From: Sulfuritalea sp. | Lineage (GTDB): Bacteria > Pseudomonadota > Gammaproteobacteria > Burkholderiales > Rhodocyclaceae | Reading direction: 5' to 3' | Length of the DNA stretch: 64,000 bases | Assembly (NCBI GenBank): GCA_044359585.1 | Contig: JBIKLV010000010.1 | Span: 3,319-67,318, forward strand | Part shown: in pieces, positions 10,178 through 19,810 of the stretch | Layout of the letters: every line of letters starts with the position of its first letter | How positions within the stretch are numbered: position 1 is the first letter of the stretch | The notes under the pieces: model-generated | Database searches by the model: none | What the model saw: only the letters and a program-made list of their open reading frames with translations | What the model was told of the DNA's origin: nothing | Position numbers and translations under genes: made by a program

Positions 10178-10219
10178 CGTCAGCGCCGTCCCGCGGGATA
10201 CCGCTTCGCATAACTTTTC

Positions 10220-10429
10220 TCAGAGCCGGCGCAGCGCCTCGCGCAGCAGCGGCATGAGCTGCGCCTCGTCGGCTGTACCGAGGCTGGACAGGATCTGCTC
10301 GCGCATGCGCGGCTCCCAGCTGCGCCGCAGGTGGTTGGCGACGTCGGCCACGGCCTGCTCGCGATCCGGCATGGCCTCGAAGAAGGCGCCGATCTGGTTG
10401 GCCATGGCGATCAACTTTTCCAGCTTCAT
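10220..10429 (-). CDS. fdsD: Formate dehydrogenase delta subunit
   Basis: KLIAMANQIGAFF..HLRRSWEPRMR; ATGA overlap with fdhD. Confidence 0.92.
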   Translation of the reverse strand: MKLEKLIAMANQIGAFFEAMPDREQAVADVANHLRRSWEPRMREQILSSLGTADEAQLMPLLREALRRL

Positions 10430-11217
10430 GCTGTCAGCTCCGTTACACGGCAGGCCCGCGTGTAGGCCACGCAAGTATCGCCACGCAAAAAGCCGAACAA
10501 GGCGAGATTGAATTTCTCCGCGAGACCCACCGCCGTCGCGGTCGGCGCGGACACCGCCGCCAGCGTGCCGACGCCCAGCGCGACGGCCTTCTGCACCATC
10601 TCGACGCTGGCGCGGCTGGTGATGATCAGCGCATCGCACGAAGCATCGATGCCATCGCGCACCAGCGCGCCGAGCGTCTTGTCCAGCGCATTGTGGCGAC
10701 CGACGTCCTCGCGCACGTGGCTGATCGCGCCGTCGCGGCCGACGCGGCAGGCGGCATGGGTGGCGCCGGTGGCCTGCTGCAGCCGCTGCTGCGCCGGCAG
10801 CGCGCGCATTCCGGCGTAAAGCGCGACGAGCGGGAAGGGATCGCCTTCCGGCAGCGGCGCCAGTTCGCGCAGCACCTGGTCCAGGCTCTCGGTGCCGCAC
10901 AGGCCGCAGCCGGTGCGTCCGGCGAGGCTGCGGCGACGCTGCTTGAGGCGCATGAAATCACCGGCCGCGATTTCGATCTTGAGCGTGATGCCGGCTGCCG
11001 CTTCCTCGATCTCGATGCCGAAGATGTCGCCGCGCCGTGCCACGATGCCTTCCGACAGGCTGAAGCCGAGCGCGAAGTCTTCAAGGTCGGCAGGCGTGGC
11101 CAGCATCACCGCATGGCTGATGCCGTTGTACTCGAAGGCGACCGGCGTCTCGACCGCCAGCTGGTCGCCGCGCTCCACGCCATCGCGCCAGACGCCGCGC
11201 TGCTCGACGGCTTTCAT
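10426..11217 (-). CDS. fdhD: Formate dehydrogenase accessory sulfurtransferase FdhD/FdsC
   Basis: GCGLCG, TGATHAA, EDVGRHNALDK motifs. Confidence 0.95.
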   Translation of the reverse strand: MKAVEQRGVWRDGVERGDQLAVETPVAFEYNGISHAVMLATPADLEDFALGFSLSEGIVARRGDIFGIEIEEAAAGITLKIEIAAGDFMRLKQRRRSLAGRTGCGLCGTESLDQVLRELAPLPEGDPFPLVALYAGMRALPAQQRLQQATGATHAACRVGRDGAISHVREDVGRHNALDKTLGALVRDGIDASCDALIITSRASVEMVQKAVALGVGTLAAVSAPTATAVGLAEKFNLALFGFLRGDTCVAYTRACRVTELTA

Positions 11218-14012
11218 GCGCCGCTGGCCCGCGACACCTGCACCGCCGTGACCTTGTACTCGGGGCAGTTGGTGGCCCAGTCGGAGTTCTCGGTGGTGAT
11301 CACGTTGGCGCCGGATTCGGGAAAGTGGAAGGTGGTGTAGACCACGCCCGGCGCCACGCGCTCGGTCACGGTAGCCGCAAGCCGCGTGCGGCCGACGCGC
11401 GATTCGATGGCGACGCGGTCGCCCTCGCGGATGCCGCGTTCCTCGGCGTCATGCGGGTGGATCTCCAGCAGGTCCGCCGAGTAAAAGTCGGTGTTGGCGG
11501 TACGGCGCGTCTGCGCCCCGACGTTGTACTGCGAGAGCACGCGGCCGGTGGTCAGCAGCAAGGGGAAACGGCGCGTCACCTTCTCGTCGGTCGGCACGTA
11601 TTGCGTGATCAGGAAGCGGCCTTTTCCGCGCACGAAGCCATCGACGTGCATGGTCGGCGTGCCTTCCGGCGCCGCGTCGTTGCAGGGCCACTGAATCGAG
11701 CCCAGGTGATCGAGTCTGTCGTAGCTGACGCCGGTGAAAGTAGGCGTCAGACGCGCGATCTCGTCCATGATCTGGCTCGGGTGCTCGTAGTGCATCTCGT
11801 AGCCTAGGGCTTTCGCCAGCGCCAGCGTGGTTTCCCAGTCGGCCTTGCCGGCCAGCGGCGGCATGACGCGGCGCACGCGCGAGATGCGGCGCTCGGCGTT
11901 GGTGAAGGTGCCGTCCTTTTCGAGGAAGGAGGCACCGGGCAGGAAGACGTGGGCGTACTTGGCGGTTTCGTTGAGGAACAGGTCCTGCACCACCACGCAT
12001 TCCATGGCCGACAACGCGGCCGTGACGTGGCGGGTATCAGGGTCCGATTGCGCCGGGTCCTCGCCCTGGCAATAGAGGCCGAGGAAGGAACCGTCGAGCG
12101 CGGCATCGAGCATGTTGGGGATGCGCAGGCCGGGCTCGGACTGGATTTGTACGCCCCAATCGCGCTCGAACAGCTCGCGCGTCGCCGTGTCGGAAACATG
12201 GCGGTAGCCCGGCAGTTCGTGCGGGAAGCTGCCCATGTCGCAGGAGCCCTGCACGTTGTTCTGGCCGCGCAACGGATTGACGCCGACGCCCTCGCGGCCG
12301 ACGTTGCCGGTGGCCATGGCGAGGTTGGCGATGGCGATCACGGCCGTCGAGCCCTGCGAATGCTCCGTGACGCCCAGCCCGTAGTAGATCGCGGCGTTTT
12401 TGCGTCCATTCACGCCGGTGGCATACAGGCGCGCCGCGGCCCGCACCGCGGCGGCCGGCACGCCGCTCGCGGCCTCCAGCGCCTCGGGCGAATTCTCCGG
12501 CCGCGCGGCGAACTCGCGCCATTCGGCAAAAGCCTTCGCTTCGCAGCGCTCGGCGACGAAGGCCTCATCGACCAGGCCCTCGCTGACGATGACATGGGCC
12601 ATGGCCGAGAGCACCGCGACGTTGGTGCCGGGCCGCAGTTGCAGATGGTGGGCGGCGCGCACATGCGGCGAGCTGACCAGGTCGATGGCACGCGGATCGA
12701 TCACGATCAGCTGCGCGCCCTCGCGCACGCGGCGCTTGAGGCGCGAGGCGAACACCGGATGCGCGTCGCTCGGATTGGCGCCGATCACCACGATGACATC
12801 GGCCTGCTCGACCGACTTGAAGGTCTGCGTCCCAGCCGACTCGCCCAGGGTCTGCTTGAGGCCGTAGCCGGTCGGCGAATGGCAGACACGGGCGCAGGTA
12901 TCGACGTTGTTGTTGCCGAAGGCGGTACGCACCAGCTTCTGCACCAGGTAGTCCTCTTCGTTGGTGCAGCGGCTGGAGACGATGGCGCCGATGGCGTTGC
13001 GGCCGTGCTTGTCCTGGATACGACGGAATTCACTCGCGGCGTGGCTCAGTGCCTCCTCCCACGACACCTCGCGCCAAGGATCGCTGATCCTGGCCCTGAT
13101 CATGGGTTTCGTGATGCGGTCGGAGTGGGTCGCGTAGCCCCAGGCGAAGCGGCCCTTGACGCAGGCGTGGCCCTCGTTGGCGCGGCCCTCGTCGGCCGGC
13201 ACCATGCGCACCACCTGATTGCCCTTCACCTCGGCATGGAAGCCGCAGCCGACGCCGCAATAGGCGCAGGTGGTGGCTACGCTGCGCTCGGCCTGACCCT
13301 GCTCGACGACCGTCTTTTCGACCAGCGTCGCCGTCGGGCAGGCCTTGACGCAGGCGCCGCAGGAGACGCAGTCGGAGGCCATGAAGGATTCGCCCTGCCC
13401 CGCCGTGACGCGCGAGCCGAAGCCGCGCCCGGTGATGGTCAGCGCGAAGGTGCCCTGGGTTTCCTCGCAGGCGCGCACGCAACGGTTGCAAACGATGCAC
13501 TTGCCGGGGTCGTAGCTGAAATAGGGGTTGGATTCGTCCTTCGCCGCCTCGGTGAAATGGTTCTCTCCTGGGTTTGGGTCACCTGCGCCATAGCGCACCT
13601 CGCGCAGGCCGACCACGCCGGCCATGTCCTGCAGCTCGCAGTCGCCGTTGGCGGCACAGGTCAGGCAGTCGAGCGGATGGTCGGAGATGTAGAGCTCCAT
13701 GACGTTGCGCCGCAGCTTCGCCAGTTGCGGCGACTGGGTGCGCACCTTCATGCCGGCTTCGGCCGGCGTGGTGCAGGAGGACGGGTAGCCCTTGCGGCCC
13801 TCGACCTCGACCAGGCACAGGCGGCAGGAGCCGAAGGGCTTGAGTTCCTTGCTGTCGCACAGTTTTGGGATCATCACGCCGGCGGCGACGGCAGCGCGCA
13901 GCAACGGGGTGCCGGCCGGGACGCTGACAGCGATGCCGTCGATCTCCAAAGTTACCGTATCGCCAGCGCCGACTCTTGCGGCGCTGAGCTGGAGTTCCTG
14001 CGGAGCGTTCAT
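11214..14012 (-). CDS. fdsA: NAD-dependent formate dehydrogenase alpha subunit (Mo, Cys-ligated)
   Basis: N-terminal Fe-S domains, CAYCGVGC, CARVCH active site, LRGQNNVQG; start ATG 14012. Confidence 0.96.
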   Translation of the reverse strand: MNAPQELQLSAARVGAGDTVTLEIDGIAVSVPAGTPLLRAAVAAGVMIPKLCDSKELKPFGSCRLCLVEVEGRKGYPSSCTTPAEAGMKVRTQSPQLAKLRRNVMELYISDHPLDCLTCAANGDCELQDMAGVVGLREVRYGAGDPNPGENHFTEAAKDESNPYFSYDPGKCIVCNRCVRACEETQGTFALTITGRGFGSRVTAGQGESFMASDCVSCGACVKACPTATLVEKTVVEQGQAERSVATTCAYCGVGCGFHAEVKGNQVVRMVPADEGRANEGHACVKGRFAWGYATHSDRITKPMIRARISDPWREVSWEEALSHAASEFRRIQDKHGRNAIGAIVSSRCTNEEDYLVQKLVRTAFGNNNVDTCARVCHSPTGYGLKQTLGESAGTQTFKSVEQADVIVVIGANPSDAHPVFASRLKRRVREGAQLIVIDPRAIDLVSSPHVRAAHHLQLRPGTNVAVLSAMAHVIVSEGLVDEAFVAERCEAKAFAEWREFAARPENSPEALEAASGVPAAAVRAAARLYATGVNGRKNAAIYYGLGVTEHSQGSTAVIAIANLAMATGNVGREGVGVNPLRGQNNVQGSCDMGSFPHELPGYRHVSDTATRELFERDWGVQIQSEPGLRIPNMLDAALDGSFLGLYCQGEDPAQSDPDTRHVTAALSAMECVVVQDLFLNETAKYAHVFLPGASFLEKDGTFTNAERRISRVRRVMPPLAGKADWETTLALAKALGYEMHYEHPSQIMDEIARLTPTFTGVSYDRLDHLGSIQWPCNDAAPEGTPTMHVDGFVRGKGRFLITQYVPTDEKVTRRFPLLLTTGRVLSQYNVGAQTRRTANTDFYSADLLEIHPHDAEERGIREGDRVAIESRVGRTRLAATVTERVAPGVVYTTFHFPESGANVITTENSDWATNCPEYKVTAVQVSRASGA

Positions 14013-15502
14013 GCGAAATCCTCCGGAAAGTGATGCAGCGCCGACATCACCGGAATCGGCGTCATGCTGCCCATGGCGCAGGCCGAGCCTTGCACCATGG
14101 TCTCGCACAGGTCTTCCAGCAATTCGATCTGCGCGCGATCACCGGCGCGGATGCGGTCGATGACTTCGACGCCGCGCGTCGAGCCGATGCGGCAGGGCGT
14201 GCACTTGCCGCAGGATTCGACGGCGCAGAACTTCATCGCGTAACGCGCCTGCTTCGCCATGTCCACCGTGTCGTCGAAGGCAACGATGCCGCCGTGACCG
14301 AGACCCGCCCCGATCGCGGCGAAGGCCTCGTAGTCGAGCGGCGTATCGAATTGCGACTCGGGCAGGTAGGCGCCCAGCGGCCCGCCGACCTGCACCGCGC
14401 GCAGCGGCCGACCCGAACGCGAACCGCCGCCGAACTCGTAAAGCAGCTCGCGCAATGTCAGGCCGAAAGGCACTTCGACCAGGCCGCCGTGGCGGATGTT
14501 GCCGGCCAGCTGGAAGGGCAAGGTGCCGCGCGAGCGTCCGATGCCGAGATCGCGATGGGCCGCCGCACCACCGGCGAGGATGTCCGGCACGCTGGCCAGG
14601 GTGATCACGTTGTGGATCAGCGTCGGCTGGCCGAACAGGCCTTCGATCGCCGGCAGCGGCGGCTTGGAACGGACGATGCCGCGCTTGCCCTCGATGCTTT
14701 CCAGCAGCGCCGTCTCTTCGCCACAGACATAGGAGCCGGCGCCCTGGCGCACCTCGACATGGAAGTCGCCGAGGAAATCGCCAGCAGCGGCGAGCGCGGC
14801 ATCGAGTGAGGCGATCGCATGCGGGTACTCGGAACGCACGTAGATGTAGCCGCGATTCGCGCCGACCGCAAGACCCGCGATGGCCATGCCTTCGAGCAGG
14901 CAGAAGGGGTCGCCCTCCATCAGCATGCGATCGGAAAAGGTGCCGGAGTCGCCCTCGTCGGCATTGCAAACCACGTATTTCTGCGCCGCCGCTGCGTCGA
15001 GCACCGTGCGCCACTTGATGCCGGCCGGAAAGGCCGCGCCACCGCGTCCGCGCAGACCGGAGTCGGCAATGGCTTGCACGATCGCTGACCGCGCCATGGC
15101 ACGCGCCCGGCGCAGGCCTTCGCCGCCGCCGCGCGCGACGTAATCGGTCAGCGAGCGCGGATCGACCACGCCGAGGCGGCGCGACACCCGGCGCTGCTGC
15201 CGCGCCAGCCAGGGAATCTGCTCGGTGGGCCCGAGAGCCAAGGAATGCGCGCCGCCGGTCAGAAAGCCGGCCGAAAACAATTCCGCCACTCGATCGACCG
15301 TCACCGGGCCATAGGCGATGCGCCCCTGCGCCGTGACCACCTCGACCAGCGGCTCGAGCCAGACCATGCCGCGCGAGCCGTTGCGTATCAGACGCAGGTC
15401 GATGCCGCGCTCGGCCGCCTCGGCCAGGATCGCCTCGGCCACCGCATCGGCGCCGAGGGCCAGCGCGGCGGCGTCGCCGGGAACGTAGACGGTGGTCCTC
15501 AT
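14009..15502 (-). CDS. fdsB: Formate dehydrogenase beta (NuoF-like diaphorase) subunit
   Basis: GLRGRGGAAFP, NADEGD, YVCGEET, SCGKCTPCRIG; start ATG 15502. Confidence 0.95.
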   Translation of the reverse strand: MRTTVYVPGDAAALALGADAVAEAILAEAAERGIDLRLIRNGSRGMVWLEPLVEVVTAQGRIAYGPVTVDRVAELFSAGFLTGGAHSLALGPTEQIPWLARQQRRVSRRLGVVDPRSLTDYVARGGGEGLRRARAMARSAIVQAIADSGLRGRGGAAFPAGIKWRTVLDAAAAQKYVVCNADEGDSGTFSDRMLMEGDPFCLLEGMAIAGLAVGANRGYIYVRSEYPHAIASLDAALAAAGDFLGDFHVEVRQGAGSYVCGEETALLESIEGKRGIVRSKPPLPAIEGLFGQPTLIHNVITLASVPDILAGGAAAHRDLGIGRSRGTLPFQLAGNIRHGGLVEVPFGLTLRELLYEFGGGSRSGRPLRAVQVGGPLGAYLPESQFDTPLDYEAFAAIGAGLGHGGIVAFDDTVDMAKQARYAMKFCAVESCGKCTPCRIGSTRGVEVIDRIRAGDRAQIELLEDLCETMVQGSACAMGSMTPIPVMSALHHFPEDFA

Positions 15503-15942
15503 GGTTCCGACTCCAGTCGCGCCACCAGCACATCGAACTTGGCCGGCGTCATCGCCGCATGCAATTGCATTTCGTCGACCTGCACTGCCGGACCGCAGGC
15601 GCAGAGACCGAGGCAATACACCGGTTCCAGCGTCACCTCGCTACCGGCCAGCCGCGTCCGCGCGTGCTCGGCCAGGGCCTCGCCGCCTACCGCCTGGCAG
15701 GCCTCGGCGCAGCAGACGCGTACCACGTGGCGGCCCGCCGGCTCCTGGCGGAGGTGGTGGTAGTAGCTGATCACGCCATGCACTTCGGCGCGCGACACGT
15801 TCAGCGCCGTGGCGATCGCCGGGATGGCGTCCGCCGGGATGTGGCCGAGTGTGTCCTGCACCTCGTGCAGCACAGGCAGCAGCGCCCCGGGCTGTTCGCG
15901 ATGGGCGTCGAGGATGCGGCTGAGGATGGCGGTGGTGTCCAT
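15499..15942 (-). CDS. fdsG: Formate dehydrogenase gamma (NuoE-like) subunit
   Basis: C.AEAC..CLGLC 2Fe-2S motif, position at head of fds cluster. Confidence 0.93.
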   Translation of the reverse strand: MDTTAILSRILDAHREQPGALLPVLHEVQDTLGHIPADAIPAIATALNVSRAEVHGVISYYHHLRQEPAGRHVVRVCCAEACQAVGGEALAEHARTRLAGSEVTLEPVYCLGLCACGPAVQVDEMQLHAAMTPAKFDVLVARLESEP

Positions 15943-15994
15943 CCCGCTTTGTACCCCGCCACGCCACGAAGTGAAAGCGGGAAAAGCCGAAGGC

Positions 15995-16897
15995 CTATGC
16001 AGGTTTCTCGAACGACTCCGCCAGGGCGCGCGCCTCGGCTACCAGCGCGGCGACCATCGGCGGTTGCGGCTCGCGCGCCAGGGTGACGAGACCCGTGGCC
16101 CAATCGACCGCCGGCTCGACCAGTTCAATGGCGATCACGCCGGGCGGCGTGCCGACCTGTTCCAGCACCGCGCGCGGCACGATCGAGGACCAGTGGCCCG
16201 AGCCGACATGGGCGAGGATGCTGACGATGGAGTTGGTCTCCAGCATCGCCGTAACGTCAGCGCCGACTCTTGAAAACACCGCGTCGATGGTCTTGCGGTT
16301 CTGCATGTCGGGCGTCAGCAGGGCCAGCGGGGCGGTAGCGGCCTCGGCCCAGCTCACGCTCTCGCGCCCGGCGAAACGTCCGCTGGCACCTGTCAGCAGC
16401 ACATGGCGTTCGTGCCAGATCGGCACGATGTCCAGCCCGGCCGCTGCGGCAGATTCGACATAGATGATGCCGGCATCGAGCTCGAAGCGGCGCAGGCGCG
16501 CGAGGATTTCGTCGGTCGCCAGCGACAGCACCTCGGCCGTGACATGGGCATGGCGCCGGGCGAAGGACGAGGTCAGCGCCGCCACCACGGTCAAGGCCGT
16601 GGGGATCACCCCGAGGCGCAGGCGACCCGCAAGGCCATCGCGCAGGCTGGCCAGTTCCTGCTTGAGGCCCTCGGCGCTGGCGGCCATGCGCTGGGCGTAT
16701 TCGACCACGCTGCGGCCTTCCGGCGTCAGGCCGGCGAACTGCTTGCCGCGTTCGACCACGGCCACACCGAGTTCCGTTTCGAGGTCGCGGATCGCCGCCG
16801 ACAGGGTCGAGGGCGAGACATGACAGGCCACTGCGGCGCGGCCGAAATGCTTCTCGCGCGCCAAGGCAATCAGGTAGAGGTATTTGCGCGAGATCAC
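15995..16897 (-). CDS. LysR-family transcriptional regulator (probable fds regulator)
   Basis: N-terminal HTH (HFGRAAVACHVSPSTLS), GTG start, directly upstream of fdsG. Confidence 0.92.
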   Translation of the reverse strand: MISRKYLYLIALAREKHFGRAAVACHVSPSTLSAAIRDLETELGVAVVERGKQFAGLTPEGRSVVEYAQRMAASAEGLKQELASLRDGLAGRLRLGVIPTALTVVAALTSSFARRHAHVTAEVLSLATDEILARLRRFELDAGIIYVESAAAAGLDIVPIWHERHVLLTGASGRFAGRESVSWAEAATAPLALLTPDMQNRKTIDAVFSRVGADVTAMLETNSIVSILAHVGSGHWSSIVPRAVLEQVGTPPGVIAIELVEPAVDWATGLVTLAREPQPPMVAALVAEARALAESFEKPA

Positions 16898-17610
16898 TGC
16901 TTCGCCGCCGCTGCAGCGCGCCGCGCCTCGGCGGCCGCCTTTTCCGCCTCGCGGTACTTGCGCTGTGTCTCGTAGTCGCGCTCGCGCTGTTCGATCTCCT
17001 GCACCTTCTCCGCATGCTTGCGTTTGCGCTCGGCGGCCTTGCGCGCATTCTCCGGCCCTGCGGCCGCACGCCGGGCTTCTTCGCGGCTGCGCTCCTCGGC
17101 CTTGCGCTGCCTGGCGGCACGCTCTTCGGCCGCCTTGGCGCGCCGGCTTTCCAGCTTGGACTGCGCCTCGGCCTGGCGGCGCTCACGCTCGGCGGTGCGC
17201 GCGCCCTCCTCCTCGCGATGGCGCTCCACCCGGCCCTGGTTGCCGGCCGCTTCCGCCGGCGCGGCGGCGGCGCGCTGCGCCTCTCTGTCCGCCACCTTGG
17301 CCTGACGCGCCTCGCGCTCGACGCGATAGCTTTCCTTGCGAATCGCCTCCGCTTCGGCCCCCGCCGCGGCGCGGCGCTCCTTTGCCGCCGTCATGCAACC
17401 GATGGCCACCATGCGCGTGCTGCAATCGGCCTTGTCTTCCAGGTAGCGACGTTCGGCGGCATCGCGGATCGCCTTGGCGCGCGCCCGTTCGGCCACGGCG
17501 TTCTCCACCGTGATGGTCGGCGCCGGCACAACGGCCTGCGCCCACAGGCCAGCCGGGGCCAGCAGCATCGGCAGGAGAGACATTGCGAAGAAAAATCGGG
17601 GTCGTATCAC
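16894..17610 (-). CDS. Exported Ala/Glu/Arg-rich coiled-coil protein with a Cys pair
   Basis: Signal peptide ..GLWA-Q, C-x7-C, long charged helix; start GTG 17610 or ATG 17583; stop overlaps LysR start. Confidence 0.75.
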   Translation of the reverse strand: MIRPRFFFAMSLLPMLLAPAGLWAQAVVPAPTITVENAVAERARAKAIRDAAERRYLEDKADCSTRMVAIGCMTAAKERRAAAGAEAEAIRKESYRVEREARQAKVADREAQRAAAAPAEAAGNQGRVERHREEEGARTAERERRQAEAQSKLESRRAKAAEERAARQRKAEERSREEARRAAAGPENARKAAERKRKHAEKVQEIEQRERDYETQRKYREAEKAAAEARRAAAAAKQ

Positions 17611-17659
17611 GGAACGCAGCTTAGCGTGAAATACGGCGTCGGAGCGCGGTGTGCTATCG

Positions 17660-18172
17660 AGCGCAGCGAGCCAATCAGGAACCCCCCGCGAGGGGGCGAG
17701 GCGGGAATTCGCGACGCATGCGTCGCGCCGCCGCAGCCGGCTGGCTGTGCAAAGCCAGCCGTGGGCCGCGCAGCGGGAAGGGGGGCGGGCGTTGCAGAAG
17801 GGCTGGCATTCATGATGCGGGGTAATGTTTCCCGCATCATGAATGCCAGCCGGTTCGACACGCGTTTGCCATGCCCGGACCACGATGGATTCGGGCTAAC
17901 GCTCATGGCAGCAAGAGCCATGCGCTGATGATGAAACACGCGAAAACGAAGTTTCAGTGGAGGCTAACGCCGGCGTCATCGGCGTTAAGCGCAGCGGCCG
18001 TAACTAAAGGCGAATTGAAGGCCCGCCCCCTTCCCCCCTCGCGGGGGGGTTACCAATCGGCGCGCTATGCGCGTAAGTCTCACGGGGCTCAAACAAGGTG
18101 CTTCACGTTAAACTCCAAAAGAAAAACACGAGGAGCCCGGCGTCGGACCCACCGATGCCGGGTCGCTGCGCT
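17660..18172. other. Large structured intergenic element with nested inverted repeats (ncRNA-, leader- or MITE-like)
   Basis: Perfect 21-bp hairpin 17801-17851; long-range IRs 17660-17669/18163-18172, ~17680-17696/18034-18051, 17775-17790/18021-18035; several local hairpins. Confidence 0.55.
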
Positions 18173-18195
18173 ACCCCCGCTTCGAGGAAAGCAAC

Positions 18196-19791
18196 GTGAG
18201 CGAAGTCATCATCATCGGCGGCGGCATCGCCGGCATCTGCGCCGCACTGGAACTGCTCGACGCCGGGCGCAAGGTGCTCCTGCTCGACCGCGACCGGGCC
18301 GAGAATTTCGGCGGCCTGGCCAGGGAAAGCTTCGGCGGCATCTTCCTCGTCGGCACGCAAGAACAGCGTCGCGCCGGCATCCGCGACACGCCGCAACTGG
18401 CACTGACCGACTGGCGCGCCTTCGGCGAACTCGATCCGGCCGACCGCTGGCCCAATGCCTGGGCCGAGGCCTACACGCATCGCTGCCACGACGACGTCGG
18501 CCTCTGGCTGCGCGCGCGCGGCGTCGGTTTCGTGCCGGCGCCGCACTGGGTCGAACGCGGCCTGTACACCCCCGGCAATTCGGTACCTCGCTTCCACATC
18601 GTCTGGGGCACTGGGCGCCAACTGGCGCTGCGCCTGATCGCCACCCTGGAAAGCCATCCGCGCAGGGCCAATCTGGAGATCCGCTTCGGCCAGCGCGTCG
18701 AGGACTTGCTGACCGGCAACGACACCGTCACCGGCTGCCGCGGCGTCGGCGAGGACGACGGCAAGCCCTTCGAACTCACTGCGGGCTGCGTGATCGTCGC
18801 CGCAGGCGGCTTCAACGGCAACATCGAACGCGTGCGCCGGCACTGGCACCGCGACTGGAAGACGCCGCCGCCGGTGATCCTCAACGGCTCGCACCGCTAC
18901 GCCGACGGCCGCCTGCACGACGCGGTGAGCGCGGCGGGCGGCCATCTCACCCATCTCGACGCGATGTGGAACTACGCCGCCGGCGTGCATCACCCGCAGC
19001 CGCGCAAGCCCGGACACGGGCTTTCCATCGTGCCGCCGCGCTCCGCACTTTGGCTCGACTGGCGCGGCCGGCGCATCGGGCCGATGCCGCTGGTGACGGG
19101 CTTCGACACGCGCGACCTGGTGGCGCAGGTCTGCGCCACTGAGCGCCAGTACTCCTGGCAGCTGATGAACAAGGCCATCGCCATCAAGGAACTCGCCGTC
19201 TCCGGCGCCGAGCACAACCCGTCGATTCGCGACATGAAGAAGCTCGCCTTCCTGCGCGACCTGCTGTTCGGCAACAAGTGGCTCTACGAGGAAATGACCA
19301 GCCGCTGCGAGGACTTCGTGGTCGGCCGCGACCTGGCGGAACTGGTCGCGAAGATGAACGCCCTGCAGGGCGACGATGCCGTGAGCCTCGACGAGATCCG
19401 CGCCGCGACCGAAAGCTACGACGCGCAGATCGATCGCGGCCAGACCTTCCACAACGACGAGCAACTGCGCCGCATCGCCTATGTGCGCCACTGGAAAGGC
19501 GACCGCCTGCGCACCTGCAAGTTCCAGAAGATCCTCGACCCGAAGGCCGGGCCGCTGCTCGCCGTGCGCGAGTTCATCATCAGCCGCAAGAGCCTGGGCG
19601 GCATCCAGACCGACCTGCAGTGCCGCGTGCTCGACGCCGGCGGCCAGCCGATCCCCGGCCTCTACGCGGCGGGCGAGGCCGCCGGCTTCGGCGGCGGCGG
19701 CATGCACGGCCTGCGCGCGCTGGAAGGCAGCTTCCTCGGCGGCTGCATCCTCAGCGGGCGGCTGGCCGGCCAGGCCGCCGCATCCGCATGA
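18196..19791 (+). CDS. FAD-binding dehydrogenase (COG3573 / KsdD-like flavoprotein)
   Basis: GGGIAG dinucleotide fold, GGLARESFGG, GLYAAGEAAGFGGGG. Confidence 0.9.
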   Translation: MSEVIIIGGGIAGICAALELLDAGRKVLLLDRDRAENFGGLARESFGGIFLVGTQEQRRAGIRDTPQLALTDWRAFGELDPADRWPNAWAEAYTHRCHDDVGLWLRARGVGFVPAPHWVERGLYTPGNSVPRFHIVWGTGRQLALRLIATLESHPRRANLEIRFGQRVEDLLTGNDTVTGCRGVGEDDGKPFELTAGCVIVAAGGFNGNIERVRRHWHRDWKTPPPVILNGSHRYADGRLHDAVSAAGGHLTHLDAMWNYAAGVHHPQPRKPGHGLSIVPPRSALWLDWRGRRIGPMPLVTGFDTRDLVAQVCATERQYSWQLMNKAIAIKELAVSGAEHNPSIRDMKKLAFLRDLLFGNKWLYEEMTSRCEDFVVGRDLAELVAKMNALQGDDAVSLDEIRAATESYDAQIDRGQTFHNDEQLRRIAYVRHWKGDRLRTCKFQKILDPKAGPLLAVREFIISRKSLGGIQTDLQCRVLDAGGQPIPGLYAAGEAAGFGGGGMHGLRALEGSFLGGCILSGRLAGQAAASA

Positions 19792-19810
19792 CATCACTGG
19801 AGAACCCGAC

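Noticed and set aside
11214-14012. Possible selenocysteine formate dehydrogenase
   Set aside because: Active-site motif is CARVCH with Cys and the frame has no internal TGA
11949-14033. 694-aa plus-strand ORF and similar long antisense ORFs (e.g. 18103-19863, 19751-21211, 26268-28124, 5294-6790)
   Set aside because: They shadow well-supported genes on the opposite strand in high-GC DNA, have no recognisable motifs, and are expected from GC3 bias
17740-17800. GTGCAAA and GGGAAGG segments resembling a cobalamin riboswitch
   Set aside because: The conserved CCCCGC.ACTGT B12-box core is missing and flanking genes are not B12-related
17925-17960. CTGATGA followed by GAAA, resembling a hammerhead ribozyme core
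   Set aside because: No stem II closed between CUGAUGA and GAAA in the required geometry, and no stem I/III around a UH cleavage site
18132-18165. GAGCC-starting hairpin resembling group II intron domain V
   Set aside because: No GNRA loop, no 2-nt bulge, no domain VI or reverse transcriptase remnant
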